A stretch of DNA of 64,000 nucleotides, taken from an uncultured delta proteobacterium (GTDB taxonomy: Bacteria; Desulfobacterota; Desulfobacteria; Desulfobacterales; JAHEIW01). Shown here in pieces: positions 8,733 to 18,105 of the stretch. The notes beneath the pieces are model-generated. The model had not been told where the DNA came from. It did no database searches and worked only from the letters and a program-made list of their open reading frames with translations. The position numbers were made by a program, and so were the translations under genes. Each line of letters starts with the position of its first letter. The first letter of the stretch is position 1. The DNA is taken from positions 96,001 to 160,000 of the forward strand of contig CAVPNL010000002.1 in assembly GCA_963706575.1 (NCBI GenBank), written 5' to 3'.

Positions 8733-11700
8733 ATGTCCGGCCTGAACATTTTTACCAGCAACAAACTTGAGATCCTTGCAGAGAAGTTAGCCCAACTCAT
8801 CAAAACCCCTGGGTCATCTGCGCTTGCTGCTGAAATTATCGTCATCCAGAGCAGCGGTATGGCGCGATGGATATCTTTAGAGCTTGCCAGGCACAACGGT
8901 ATTTGTGCCAATATTCGATTCCCATTTCCCAACACATTTTTGGAAGAAATCGCCAAACAATCGCTGCCGGACTTTCGGGAGCGGGTGTCTTTAGACCCGG
9001 ATCGAATGACCTTTAAAATTATGAAAGCTATTCCGGAATGCATCCGGCTGCCCGGATTCGATCGTCTCAAAGCCTATCTGGCTGAAGATGACGCCCATCT
9101 CAAACGCTTACAGCTGTCAAGCAAACTGGCCGATATATATGATCAGTATCAGGTGTTCCGCCCGGAAATGATATTGCAATGGGAACAGGGCAAACAGGGT
9201 GCAGATGAAGCGCATCCCGAGGATAAATGGCAGGCACAGCTCTGGCGCAAACTGATTCAAGGTGAAGAAAACCGGCACCGGGCCGGGATGCAGCGTGATT
9301 TGATAAAGAAATTAAGCACTGAGCCGACTCAATTTAAGAATTTGCCAAAGCGCGTATTTATATTCGGCATATCCTATCTGCCGCTTTTCCACGTGGAAGC
9401 TTTTGTTGCCCTGTCACAACACCTTGAATTGAACTTATTTCTGCTGAATCCCTGTTGCGAATACTGGGGCGATATCGTTTCTGAAAAGCAAATGCAGCGT
9501 ATTCGGCGGAAATATCCACGGTCGGCAAATATCAATGCAGAATTACATCTGGAAGAAGGAAATCGTCTGCTGGCATCCATGGGAACCCATGGCAAGGATT
9601 TTTTTACGGTGATCAGTGGCTTCGATTTTAAAATGCATGAAATCTACCAGGACCCGGAATGCACCGACCTGCTTTCCTGTATTCAATCTGACATTTTGAA
9701 TCTTAGAGAGCGCAAGGCAGCACAATGTTGTTTGAAGGATCAGGGAGACGCACTGACATCGCCGGTTCCGGTATTGAAAATAGACAATTCGGACACGTCG
9801 ATTCAAATACACAACTGCCACAGCCCAATGCGAGAAATTCAGGTGTTGCAAGACAACCTGCTGGCCATGTTTGATGAAGACCCGCACTTGCTGCCCAAGG
9901 ATATTGTGGTGATGGCACCGGACATTGCAGTGTATGCCCCTTACATCCAGGCCGTGTTTGCTACCCAACCGGATGAACGACTAAGAATTCCGTATAGTAT
10001 TGCAGATCAAAGCGCCCGGGATCAGGGGCGCCTGATCGACGGTTTTTTTTCATTTCTGGATCTTAAGGGATCCAGATTCAGCGCCGCCCGGGTGATGCGC
10101 CTGCTGGAGTCACCCGGCGTTAAAGAAAAATTCGGATTAAGTCAAACGGACATTGAAAACATCGAACGCTGGATTCGCGATACCCGAATCCGCTGGGGAA
10201 TTGATGGCGCCCATCGTCAACAAATGGGACTTCCGGCGGTTTCTGAAAATACCTGGTCGGCTGGAATCCAGCGACTTTTATTGGGTTACGCCATGCCGGG
10301 AAATGATCAGCTGATGTTTAACGGCATATTGCCCTACGATAAGGTTGAGGGCGGTGAAATTCACAGTTTCGGAAGATTCCTGGATTTTATGCATACGGTA
10401 TTAGGATATACAGAGAAACTGACCCGGCCGAAACAGCTTCAGCAGTGGGGTGCGTTGTTTAAGCGATTGCTTGACGATTTATTTATTCCAGACGAAGAGA
10501 CGGAAGCCGAAACACAAAATTTAAGAAATATTTTTGATGACCTGGGAAATCGACAAGCGGAGAGCGCCTTCAATGAAAAACTCGAATTTGAGTCGATTCG
10601 GTTTTATATCGGTCAGCGTTTGGAAAAATTAAGCTTCGGATCCGGCTTCATGACCGGCGGGGTCACATTTTGCGCCATGCTACCGATGCGCAGTATTCCC
10701 TTTAAAGTCATTTGCCTGCTGGGCATGAATTCAGATGTATTTCCCCGCGAAGCCCAACCGCTGACCTTCAACCTGGTTGCCAAACACCCGCAACCCGGTG
10801 ATCGCTCCCGCCGAGATGATGATAAATACTTATTTCTGGAATCGATTATTTCAGCACGCAACAAACTGTATATCAGTTACGTGGGACAAAGCATTCAGGA
10901 CAACAGCCGTATCCCGCCGTCGGTGTTGGTCAGCGAATTGATGGACATCATTGAAAAAGGATTTGAGCTTCCCGGCAAAAATATTCTGGCGCATCTGGTC
11001 ACCGATCACCGGTTGCAGGCATTTTCACCGCAATATTTTCAAAAAGATAGCAAGCTTTTCAGTTATTCTGAAGAAAACCGGCAAGCGGCTGCATTTTTAG
11101 GCAAAAGCGAAACAGTGCAACAATTGATCACCAGCGCGCTACCGTTGACCCCGGCCGAAAAAGAGGAACTGCATTCGCTTGATATTGAAACCCTGGTCCG
11201 GTTTTTCAGCAATCCAATTCGATTTATGCTCCAGCAACGACTTGGCATTTATCTGGAAGAGACAGCGGGACTGAGCGAAAGACGCGAGGATTTTGAATTA
11301 AATCCTTTAGACCATTATCTGGTCGGACAAAACCTGGTGGAAGCCAGAATGGAAGGTCGGGATTTGAATAATTACCGACCGGTACAGATCGCCATGGGGC
11401 AAATGCCGCATGGTAACGTCGGCACTTTTTATTTTAATGAACTGAGCAGTGATGTCGAGCGATTTGTCAGCAAAATAGAATCTTTGAAGGATAAAAAAAT
11501 TGCCGGGCCCCTGGAAACACGAATCCAAATGGGTGAATACATACTGCAGACTCGTCTACCGGAAATATTCGATTGTGGCCTGCTTTGGGTCCGATATGCT
11601 AAACAACGGGCTCAGGATCTGATAAGCGCTTGGATTTATCACCTGGTATTTTGTGAAGCAGCATCAAAAGATTTGCATCCCCAAAGCACTATCATATTTA

Positions 11701-12044
11701 AAAATGCAGCCTGGCAGTTCAAACCGGTTGAACACCACCTGCAAATTCTTATGGATATATTAAATACGTTCAAATCAGGATTGGAAAAGCCGCTGCATTT
11801 TTTTCCGCGTTCGTCACTGGAATATGTTCAGCATGAACAGGTGAAAGGCAAATCGAAAACAACAGCGCTAATACGGGCACGAAAAAAATGGCAGGGCAGT
11901 GGCGATCATGCCAGGGGGGAGTCAGCCGATCTCTACTATGATGTTTGTTTTAAGATGACCGACCCCCTTGATCAGGCCTTTGAGGAGGTTTCCAAAGCGG
12001 TGTTTGGGCCTTTGCTGGCAAATGGAAGTTTACTGGAAATATGA
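8733..12044 (+). CDS. recC: exodeoxyribonuclease V gamma subunit
   Basis: SNKLE.L, LNPC.EYWGDI, NRLLAS.G..G.DF, CHSPMRE, PMRSIPFKVICLLGMN, DDKYLFLE. Confidence 0.95.
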   Translation: MSGLNIFTSNKLEILAEKLAQLIKTPGSSALAAEIIVIQSSGMARWISLELARHNGICANIRFPFPNTFLEEIAKQSLPDFRERVSLDPDRMTFKIMKAIPECIRLPGFDRLKAYLAEDDAHLKRLQLSSKLADIYDQYQVFRPEMILQWEQGKQGADEAHPEDKWQAQLWRKLIQGEENRHRAGMQRDLIKKLSTEPTQFKNLPKRVFIFGISYLPLFHVEAFVALSQHLELNLFLLNPCCEYWGDIVSEKQMQRIRRKYPRSANINAELHLEEGNRLLASMGTHGKDFFTVISGFDFKMHEIYQDPECTDLLSCIQSDILNLRERKAAQCCLKDQGDALTSPVPVLKIDNSDTSIQIHNCHSPMREIQVLQDNLLAMFDEDPHLLPKDIVVMAPDIAVYAPYIQAVFATQPDERLRIPYSIADQSARDQGRLIDGFFSFLDLKGSRFSAARVMRLLESPGVKEKFGLSQTDIENIERWIRDTRIRWGIDGAHRQQMGLPAVSENTWSAGIQRLLLGYAMPGNDQLMFNGILPYDKVEGGEIHSFGRFLDFMHTVLGYTEKLTRPKQLQQWGALFKRLLDDLFIPDEETEAETQNLRNIFDDLGNRQAESAFNEKLEFESIRFYIGQRLEKLSFGSGFMTGGVTFCAMLPMRSIPFKVICLLGMNSDVFPREAQPLTFNLVAKHPQPGDRSRRDDDKYLFLESIISARNKLYISYVGQSIQDNSRIPPSVLVSELMDIIEKGFELPGKNILAHLVTDHRLQAFSPQYFQKDSKLFSYSEENRQAAAFLGKSETVQQLITSALPLTPAEKEELHSLDIETLVRFFSNPIRFMLQQRLGIYLEETAGLSERREDFELNPLDHYLVGQNLVEARMEGRDLNNYRPVQIAMGQMPHGNVGTFYFNELSSDVERFVSKIESLKDKKIAGPLETRIQMGEYILQTRLPEIFDCGLLWVRYAKQRAQDLISAWIYHLVFCEAASKDLHPQSTIIFKNAAWQFKPVEHHLQILMDILNTFKSGLEKPLHFFPRSSLEYVQHEQVKGKSKTTALIRARKKWQGSGDHARGESADLYYDVCFKMTDPLDQAFEEVSKAVFGPLLANGSLLEI

Positions 12045-12088
12045 ATTCTGAATTTTGCATAAAAATTAATGAGAAGAAGGAGATAGCA

Positions 12089-12472
12089 ATGGCAATGGTG
12101 GTTCAAATGCACGAGGGTGTGGCAATTAATAAATTTAAATTAGACAAGCCCGTATTGCGAATTGGCCGTGATCCGGGCAGTGATATTTTTATCGATAACC
12201 CGGTGGTCAGCACTGAACATGCTGTCATCAAGGCGGAAGATAATCCAGCGTCCGGCGGCGCACCGGAATTTTACATCGAAGATCTGAAGAGCACCAACAG
12301 TACTTTTGTCAATGGCGAAAAAATAACCCGTCATAAACTCAAGCACGATGATATGATCCGGGTCGGATGGAATACGTTTAAGTTTATCGACGAAGCCGAA
12401 GGGGATCCGAATAAAACCGCCAAAATCCGTAAAAGCTGGATACCTGGGGTTTACTATACTGAAGACGAGTAA
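12089..12472 (+). CDS. FHA domain protein
   Basis: IGR..SDI....VS..HA, DLKSTNSTFVNG; AAGGAG RBS before ATG 12089. Confidence 0.9.
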   Translation: MAMVVQMHEGVAINKFKLDKPVLRIGRDPGSDIFIDNPVVSTEHAVIKAEDNPASGGAPEFYIEDLKSTNSTFVNGEKITRHKLKHDDMIRVGWNTFKFIDEAEGDPNKTAKIRKSWIPGVYYTEDE

Positions 12473-12514
12473 ATTGCGTGTCGATCCTTCAAAGCTAAAT
12501 ATCCGGTCGAGAAC

Positions 12515-12578
12515 GTTTAATTGGTTATGGCAGTCAGACAAATAATAAAACCAATTCAACCAATAAAACCAATAAAAC
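12515..12578. repeat. 9-mer tandem array (AACCAATAA family) with one inverted unit
   Basis: AACCAATTC AACCAATAA AACCAATAA 12549-12575; GTTTAATTGGTT 12515-12526; same family as 48495-48591. Confidence 0.75.
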
Positions 12579-12650
12579 GGTTCATTTTACAGTTATGTAA
12601 GAAATTATTGTCTATAGTTTATATTCTAACAAAATTGAATAACTGGCACC

Positions 12651-13823
12651 ATGGATATCTCCTCACTTTTACAAGCGATCTTCGACCCGAAGCTGAACCG
12701 ATCCGCTTGGGTTCAGGAAGTCATTAAACCGGGAGATGTTTTTCGTTTAAAGGTTATTGATGTTAAAGACAACCATCGTGCCCTGGTAGATCTGGGAAAA
12801 TTTCGTGCGCTGGCTGAAGTAGAATTTCCGGTTAAAGCCGGTGACAACCTGCTCGTAAAAGTAACCGGTACCGAGGGACAACTGCGTCTTCAGCTGATAG
12901 ATTCGGAATCGAGGGCTGTTGTTGCTAGTAAAAACAGTTCCAGCCAGTTGAAAATCATTTCTTTTGAGCTGTTTGACAGGATTCAATCCGATATCAGACA
13001 GGCGGTCGAACAAATATTAAAACTCCCGCAAAGCCAGCTGCAGCCGGAGCAGATCGGACGGGCCTTGTCAACTCTGGATGCCCATTTTGAATCGATTGAT
13101 TTAAACCGCAACATGGAAAAGTGGCTTCCACTGCTTAAATCACGACTCGAAGAGTCCGGTTTGTTTTTTGAAAAGAAGCTTGCGGATATCATTCGCCAAT
13201 TGGCCGATCGCCCGGAGTCTGATTTAGCCAGAGAATTGACCCGTTCTTCTGAAATTAAAAAAATCCTGACACAGGACTTAAAGCCCGTCCTTTTGATGCT
13301 CAAAGAATATCTGGAAACATCGGATTCAATTTCCAAAATCCTTGACGCCAAAAGCCTTTCGAGTTTCAAAGGCACCCTTGACATGCTGCTGGCCGATATC
13401 AGCAACCAACAATCCCGGGCAATTAACAGGCATGAATTGCCGGATCCTTTCCAGGTGTTTTCCTTTGTGCTTCCGTTAAAGGAAGATCAGAAAAAAGCTC
13501 AGTTGAAATTGTACTGCCCGAAGAAAAAACAAAACGGTTCCCGGGCCGGGTTTAAGATTTCGCTTTTACTTGACATGGACCGAATCGGGGAGGTCCGAAG
13601 CGATTTTTTTCTGATGAAAAAAGATCTGTCCATTACCTTCTTTGTTAAAGATGAGATCAGTAAAAAACAATTTGAGAATCATTTTGAAGAAATCAGTGAG
13701 TCATTAAATTCGTTATTTGACTATTTGGTTTTAAAGGCAGTGGTTTCTGAAAAGAAAATTCAAGAGTTCCATCACGAGGATTTAGACCTCGGTGGTGATC
13801 GACAAATCGATCTGAGGATATAA
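12651..13823 (+). CDS. protein with FliK-like (hook-length control) C-terminal domain
   Basis: ESGLFFEKKL and C-terminal LLLDMDRIGEVR..F; stop overlaps start of FlhB-C-like gene. Confidence 0.65.
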   Translation: MDISSLLQAIFDPKLNRSAWVQEVIKPGDVFRLKVIDVKDNHRALVDLGKFRALAEVEFPVKAGDNLLVKVTGTEGQLRLQLIDSESRAVVASKNSSSQLKIISFELFDRIQSDIRQAVEQILKLPQSQLQPEQIGRALSTLDAHFESIDLNRNMEKWLPLLKSRLEESGLFFEKKLADIIRQLADRPESDLARELTRSSEIKKILTQDLKPVLLMLKEYLETSDSISKILDAKSLSSFKGTLDMLLADISNQQSRAINRHELPDPFQVFSFVLPLKEDQKKAQLKLYCPKKKQNGSRAGFKISLLLDMDRIGEVRSDFFLMKKDLSITFFVKDEISKKQFENHFEEISESLNSLFDYLVLKAVVSEKKIQEFHHEDLDLGGDRQIDLRI

Positions 13824-14086
13824 TGCGTAAAAAGAAGGCCAAAGCCGTTGCACTCAAATATGAAACGGAAAAAGATTCGGCACCCCGAGTTGTGGCCAAG
13901 GGCAGGGACCTTATCGCCGAAAAAATAATCGAAACTGCCAAGGCCCATAATGTTCCCCTGTATGAAGACAAAAATCTGGTGCAGGTGCTGGAGGCGCTAG
14001 ATCTGGATACGGAAATCCCTCCCGAGTTGTACCGTGCCGTGGCGGAGGTGCTGGCATTTATCTATAGATTGAACGGTAGAATGTAA
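13823..14086 (+). CDS. stand-alone FlhB/EscU cytoplasmic-domain-like protein (YlqH-like)
   Basis: AVALKY....APRVVAKG...AEKII..A....VP, IPPELYRAVAEVLAF. Confidence 0.9.
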   Translation: MRKKKAKAVALKYETEKDSAPRVVAKGRDLIAEKIIETAKAHNVPLYEDKNLVQVLEALDLDTEIPPELYRAVAEVLAFIYRLNGRM

Positions 14087-14138
14087 TTTAAATCGCATCC
14101 TCATTTTGCACAAACCACAAAATAATCGAGTTTTAAAA

Positions 14139-14228
14139 TTTCGGAATTTGGATTTTAGATTTTGGATTTTACGACAACCGATTTTTTTTGAGCATCAATT
14201 CTCATAGTCTTAAATCCGCAATCCAAAA
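14139..14228. repeat. inverted pair of 7-mer tandem arrays
   Basis: TTTCGGA ATTTGGA TTTTAGA TTTTGGA (14139-14166) vs TCTTAAA TCCGCAA TCCAAAA (14208-14228). Confidence 0.75.
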
Positions 14229-14282
14229 TTAAGTTTAAGAAACCACCAAAACGGACTATCAAAAATTAGAAGGTATATAAGG

Positions 14283-17200
14283 TTGCAACCACTTGACCTC
14301 ATAAACACCCCCCTGGAAGGCATCAATCTGATTGAAGCCAGTGCCGGTACCGGTAAAACCTATGCCATTGAGGGATTGTTCCTGAGGCTGATTCTGGAAA
14401 AACAGCTCCGGGTGGACCAAATCCTGGTCGTGACGTTTACCAAAGCGGCCACCGAAGAGCTCAGGGACCGGATCCGGGGTAAACTGCTGCAAGCCGAAAA
14501 ATCGTTTACGGCAGGAGCCAGCGAAGACCATCTGCTGGCCGATTTGCTGCAGCACCAGAAAGATCATGCGGTGGCTGTGGATTTGATTCATGATGCCCTG
14601 GTTGAATTTGATAAAGCGCCTATTTTTACCATTCACGGTTTCTGCGCTCGTATCCTGTACGAACATGCATTCGAAACCGCCAATTTGTTCGATAGCGAGC
14701 TGATTTCCGACCAGACCGAACTGGTGCGGGATGTTGCCGAAGATTTCTGGCGAAACCATTTTTATGATGCTCCTCAAGAATTCATTGGCTATTTTACCGA
14801 AAAAATTAAAAGCCCCGCTTATTTCCGGAGGCTATTGAATAAAACCGGAGCCACGGAGTTCAAAATAATACCCCAAATTGAAAAACCACCTTTGAAAACC
14901 CTCTCTGCTTTCCGCAAAACCTACCAGCTACTAAAAGACCAATGGCCCACAGCGCGCAGTGCTGTTATAGAAGCCCTGCGTGACCCTGCATTGAGCGGCA
15001 CCTATTACGGCAGTCTGAAAGCGGTTGAAAACAACGCGGCGACGACCAGGCGAGATCTGAAAATATTCGCCATGAGCGAGGCCATGGATAAATACGCGGC
15101 CGTCGACAATGAGGGCTTTCCGCTGTTTAAGAACTTCGAGAATTTTAGCGCCCAAAAAATAAAAAAGGCCACCCGCAAAGAGGAATCACCGCCTTCCCAT
15201 GAATTTTTTACGACCTGTGATGACCTATACCGCCGCGCAGATGCCTTGCAGGCCGAGCTGGAAAATTACTTTGTTTATCTTAAGACACAGCTATTTAACG
15301 ATGCACCTGCGGCGCTAAAGAAGAGAAAGTCGGAAAGAAACATTCAATTTTTCGATGATTTGCTCATTCTGGTAAAGCAGGCACTGACTGACAAAAAGAG
15401 CAATCCCCTTGCAGCTGCTATCCGTCAGAAGTATAAAGCCGCTCTGGTGGATGAATTTCAAGATACCGACGATGTGCAGTACGAAATCTTCTCGCGGTTG
15501 TTTTCAGCAGAAGACAGCCTGCTGTTTATGATCGGTGATCCCAAGCAGGCCATTTACAGTTTTCGGGGGGCAGACATTTTTTCCTACCTGAAAGCGGCCC
15601 GGCAGGCACAGGCGAAATTTACACTTACCAAGAACTGGCGTTCCAAACCGCATCTGATCACCGCCGTCAATACTCTTTTTTCAAATTTGGAAATCCCTTT
15701 TCTTTTTGAAGGAATTCCCTTTGAAAATGCCAGTCCCGGAATTCAAGAATCAAATGGGCCGCTGGAAAAAGAAATACCCTTAACCATATGGTATCTGGAT
15801 TCACGGGAGCACGCGGACGGAAATAAACCGGTCAATAAAACCGAAGCGGTAAGGCTGATCGCCGCAGCGGTGGCGGAAGAGATTTGTCGAATCGTAACTA
15901 AAAAAGCCGCTGTGTGGCAGCCGGGTGATATTGTTGTGCTGGTGCGAACCAACCGACAGGCCCAGCAGATCAAAGAGCGCTTATCCGCCAAAGGCCTACC
16001 ATCGGTTCTCTACAGCACCGGCAACATTTTTGATTCTCATGAAGCCATGCAGATCGAAAAAATTCTACTCAGCATCTCAGAGCCGGACAACCCGGGATAC
16101 CTCAAAGCGGCCCTGGCAATGAATATGATGGGCGCCGGGGGAGAAGACCTGCTATCCGAGCGGCTGGACGTTCAGCAGTGGGAACATCGACTGGCAAGCT
16201 TCCGGGAATATTTTCAGGTGTGGCAACAATCCGGGTTTATCCGTATGTTCCAAATGGTTTTGAGCCGGGAAAAAATCCGGCAACGCCTTCTATCCTTTCC
16301 GGATGGGGAACGACAGTTAACCAACGTGCTTCACCTGGCAGAGATCATCCATCAAGAATCCACCCGGCTAAATTTGGGCATTAGCGGGGTTTTAAAATGG
16401 CTGGCCGAACAAAGAGACCCGCAATCACCGCGCCTTGAAGAACATCAACTCCGGCTTGAAAGTGACGAGGATGCCATCAAAATTGTGACCATCCATAAAA
16501 GCAAAGGTCTTGAATATCCGGTAGTGTTTTGTCCTTATGGCTGGGAAGGGTCATTGGTAAATGACCCTGAAATAATTTTTCACCAACAACGTAAGGGCGC
16601 TGGCGACCAGAGCCTGACACTGGATCTCGGTTCGGATTCTCGTGACCTAAATCTCATTCAGGCTCAAAATGAGTTGCTGGCCGAAAACATCCGCCTGTTA
16701 TATGTGGCATTAACCCGTGCAAAATCCAAATGCTACCTGGTGTGGGGAAACATCAACACCGCCGAGTCTTCAGCCCTGGCGTATCTGCTGCATACCGCCG
16801 GAGGCCCGCAAATCGATGATCGAACGCAAGATATTGTCGGTGAACTTAAAAAACAGGTGCGGCGTATATCGGATGAAGATCGTATCGCTGAGTTAAATCG
16901 GCTGGTAAAAAATTCACAGGGGAGCATCGAGGTAACGACTTTGCCTGCACCTTCGGGCTGCAATTTTTTTGAACAGCGGGACACTGCGGATCCAGTGATC
17001 GCACGCGAGTTTGCGGGTCATATCGGTCATTCCTGGCAGGTTTCAAGTTACTCCTCACTGGTATCGAGGCGGATTATCGATATTGATCAGCCCGACCGCG
17101 ATGCCCTTGGTGACCTTTTCAGGCGCCTGGAGGATACCATCGAGGATCGGAGAAATTCCCGGAAGCCCCCCAGGCATGAAAATATTTTTGAGTTTCCCAA

Positions 17201-17933
17201 AGGCGCTCCTGCCGGCAATTTTTTCCACGATATACTCGAGCATCTGGATTACACCGACTGCTCAGCTCAAGCTTTAAGCGAGCCGGTTCAACGCGCACGT
17301 CAAGCCCACGGTTTTGACAGCACCTGGCAGGATATCGTTTGCGAGACAATTGCTCATGTTCTGACGGTTTCATTAAGACCGGCTCAATCTGAATTGACGT
17401 TATCCTCCATTGATTTGGAACAGCGGGTCAATGAGATGGAGTTTTATTTTCCGCTAAACAGAATAACCCCCCAAAAGCTGCGATCGGTATTTAAAAAACT
17501 CAGCAACTTTGACAGCGGGGCAGAATTACCGGACCATTTAGGCAAATTGGCTTTCCATCCGGTCGCCGGTTATATGAAAGGATACATGGATCTGGTCTTC
17601 CGGCAGCAGGACCGATTTTATCTGGTGGATTGGAAATCTAACTATCTCGGCCCAACCATCGACAGCTATCGCCGGGAAGCGCTGGATGCCCTAATGCAGC
17701 AACATTTTTATTTCCTGCAGTACCATCTTTATGTACTGGCGCTAAGTCAATATTTGCGGATGCGCCATCCTGATTTTAGTTACGCATCCGGTTTTGGCGG
17801 TGTTTTCTATTTGTTTATCCGCGGAATCGACAGCCGCCGGGGCCCGGAATATGGGGTTTATTTTGATCTCCCGAAATCCTCTTTGATTAATGCTTTGGGA
17901 AAAGCGTTGATTCCAAACTTTTCTAAAGTTTAA
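14283..17933 (+). CDS. recB: exodeoxyribonuclease V beta subunit
   Basis: IEASAGTGKT, DEFQDTD, IGDPKQAIY, TIHKSKGLEY, LYVALTRA, nuclease motif GYMDLVF..YLVDWKSN. Confidence 0.96.
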   Translation: MQPLDLINTPLEGINLIEASAGTGKTYAIEGLFLRLILEKQLRVDQILVVTFTKAATEELRDRIRGKLLQAEKSFTAGASEDHLLADLLQHQKDHAVAVDLIHDALVEFDKAPIFTIHGFCARILYEHAFETANLFDSELISDQTELVRDVAEDFWRNHFYDAPQEFIGYFTEKIKSPAYFRRLLNKTGATEFKIIPQIEKPPLKTLSAFRKTYQLLKDQWPTARSAVIEALRDPALSGTYYGSLKAVENNAATTRRDLKIFAMSEAMDKYAAVDNEGFPLFKNFENFSAQKIKKATRKEESPPSHEFFTTCDDLYRRADALQAELENYFVYLKTQLFNDAPAALKKRKSERNIQFFDDLLILVKQALTDKKSNPLAAAIRQKYKAALVDEFQDTDDVQYEIFSRLFSAEDSLLFMIGDPKQAIYSFRGADIFSYLKAARQAQAKFTLTKNWRSKPHLITAVNTLFSNLEIPFLFEGIPFENASPGIQESNGPLEKEIPLTIWYLDSREHADGNKPVNKTEAVRLIAAAVAEEICRIVTKKAAVWQPGDIVVLVRTNRQAQQIKERLSAKGLPSVLYSTGNIFDSHEAMQIEKILLSISEPDNPGYLKAALAMNMMGAGGEDLLSERLDVQQWEHRLASFREYFQVWQQSGFIRMFQMVLSREKIRQRLLSFPDGERQLTNVLHLAEIIHQESTRLNLGISGVLKWLAEQRDPQSPRLEEHQLRLESDEDAIKIVTIHKSKGLEYPVVFCPYGWEGSLVNDPEIIFHQQRKGAGDQSLTLDLGSDSRDLNLIQAQNELLAENIRLLYVALTRAKSKCYLVWGNINTAESSALAYLLHTAGGPQIDDRTQDIVGELKKQVRRISDEDRIAELNRLVKNSQGSIEVTTLPAPSGCNFFEQRDTADPVIAREFAGHIGHSWQVSSYSSLVSRRIIDIDQPDRDALGDLFRRLEDTIEDRRNSRKPPRHENIFEFPKGAPAGNFFHDILEHLDYTDCSAQALSEPVQRARQAHGFDSTWQDIVCETIAHVLTVSLRPAQSELTLSSIDLEQRVNEMEFYFPLNRITPQKLRSVFKKLSNFDSGAELPDHLGKLAFHPVAGYMKGYMDLVFRQQDRFYLVDWKSNYLGPTIDSYRREALDALMQQHFYFLQYHLYVLALSQYLRMRHPDFSYASGFGGVFYLFIRGIDSRRGPEYGVYFDLPKSSLINALGKALIPNFSKV

Positions 17934-18021
17934 GTTATACTTAAATAACAAGCAATTAACTATTCGTTATTATAAAATAACAGTATGTTAATAAAACTTG
18001 GTATTCCAAAAATAACAAAAT

Positions 18022-18104
18022 AATGCCTAAAGTGACTAAAGTGAGCTAAAATGCCTAAAGTTTAGGAATTCTGTCATTTAAAATAGTCGGAGCGTAGCGA
18101 TACC
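18022..18104. repeat. partial copy of 9/10-mer-armed element (left arm + core)
   Basis: AATGCCTAA AGTGACTAA AGTGAGCTAA AATGCCTAA; core AGGAATTCTGTCATTT shared with 28372-28387. Confidence 0.8.
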
Positions 18105-18105
18105 T

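Noticed and set aside
12651..14086. Type III secretion or flagellar system
   Set aside because: Only two detached domains; no export gate, ATPase or ring genes.
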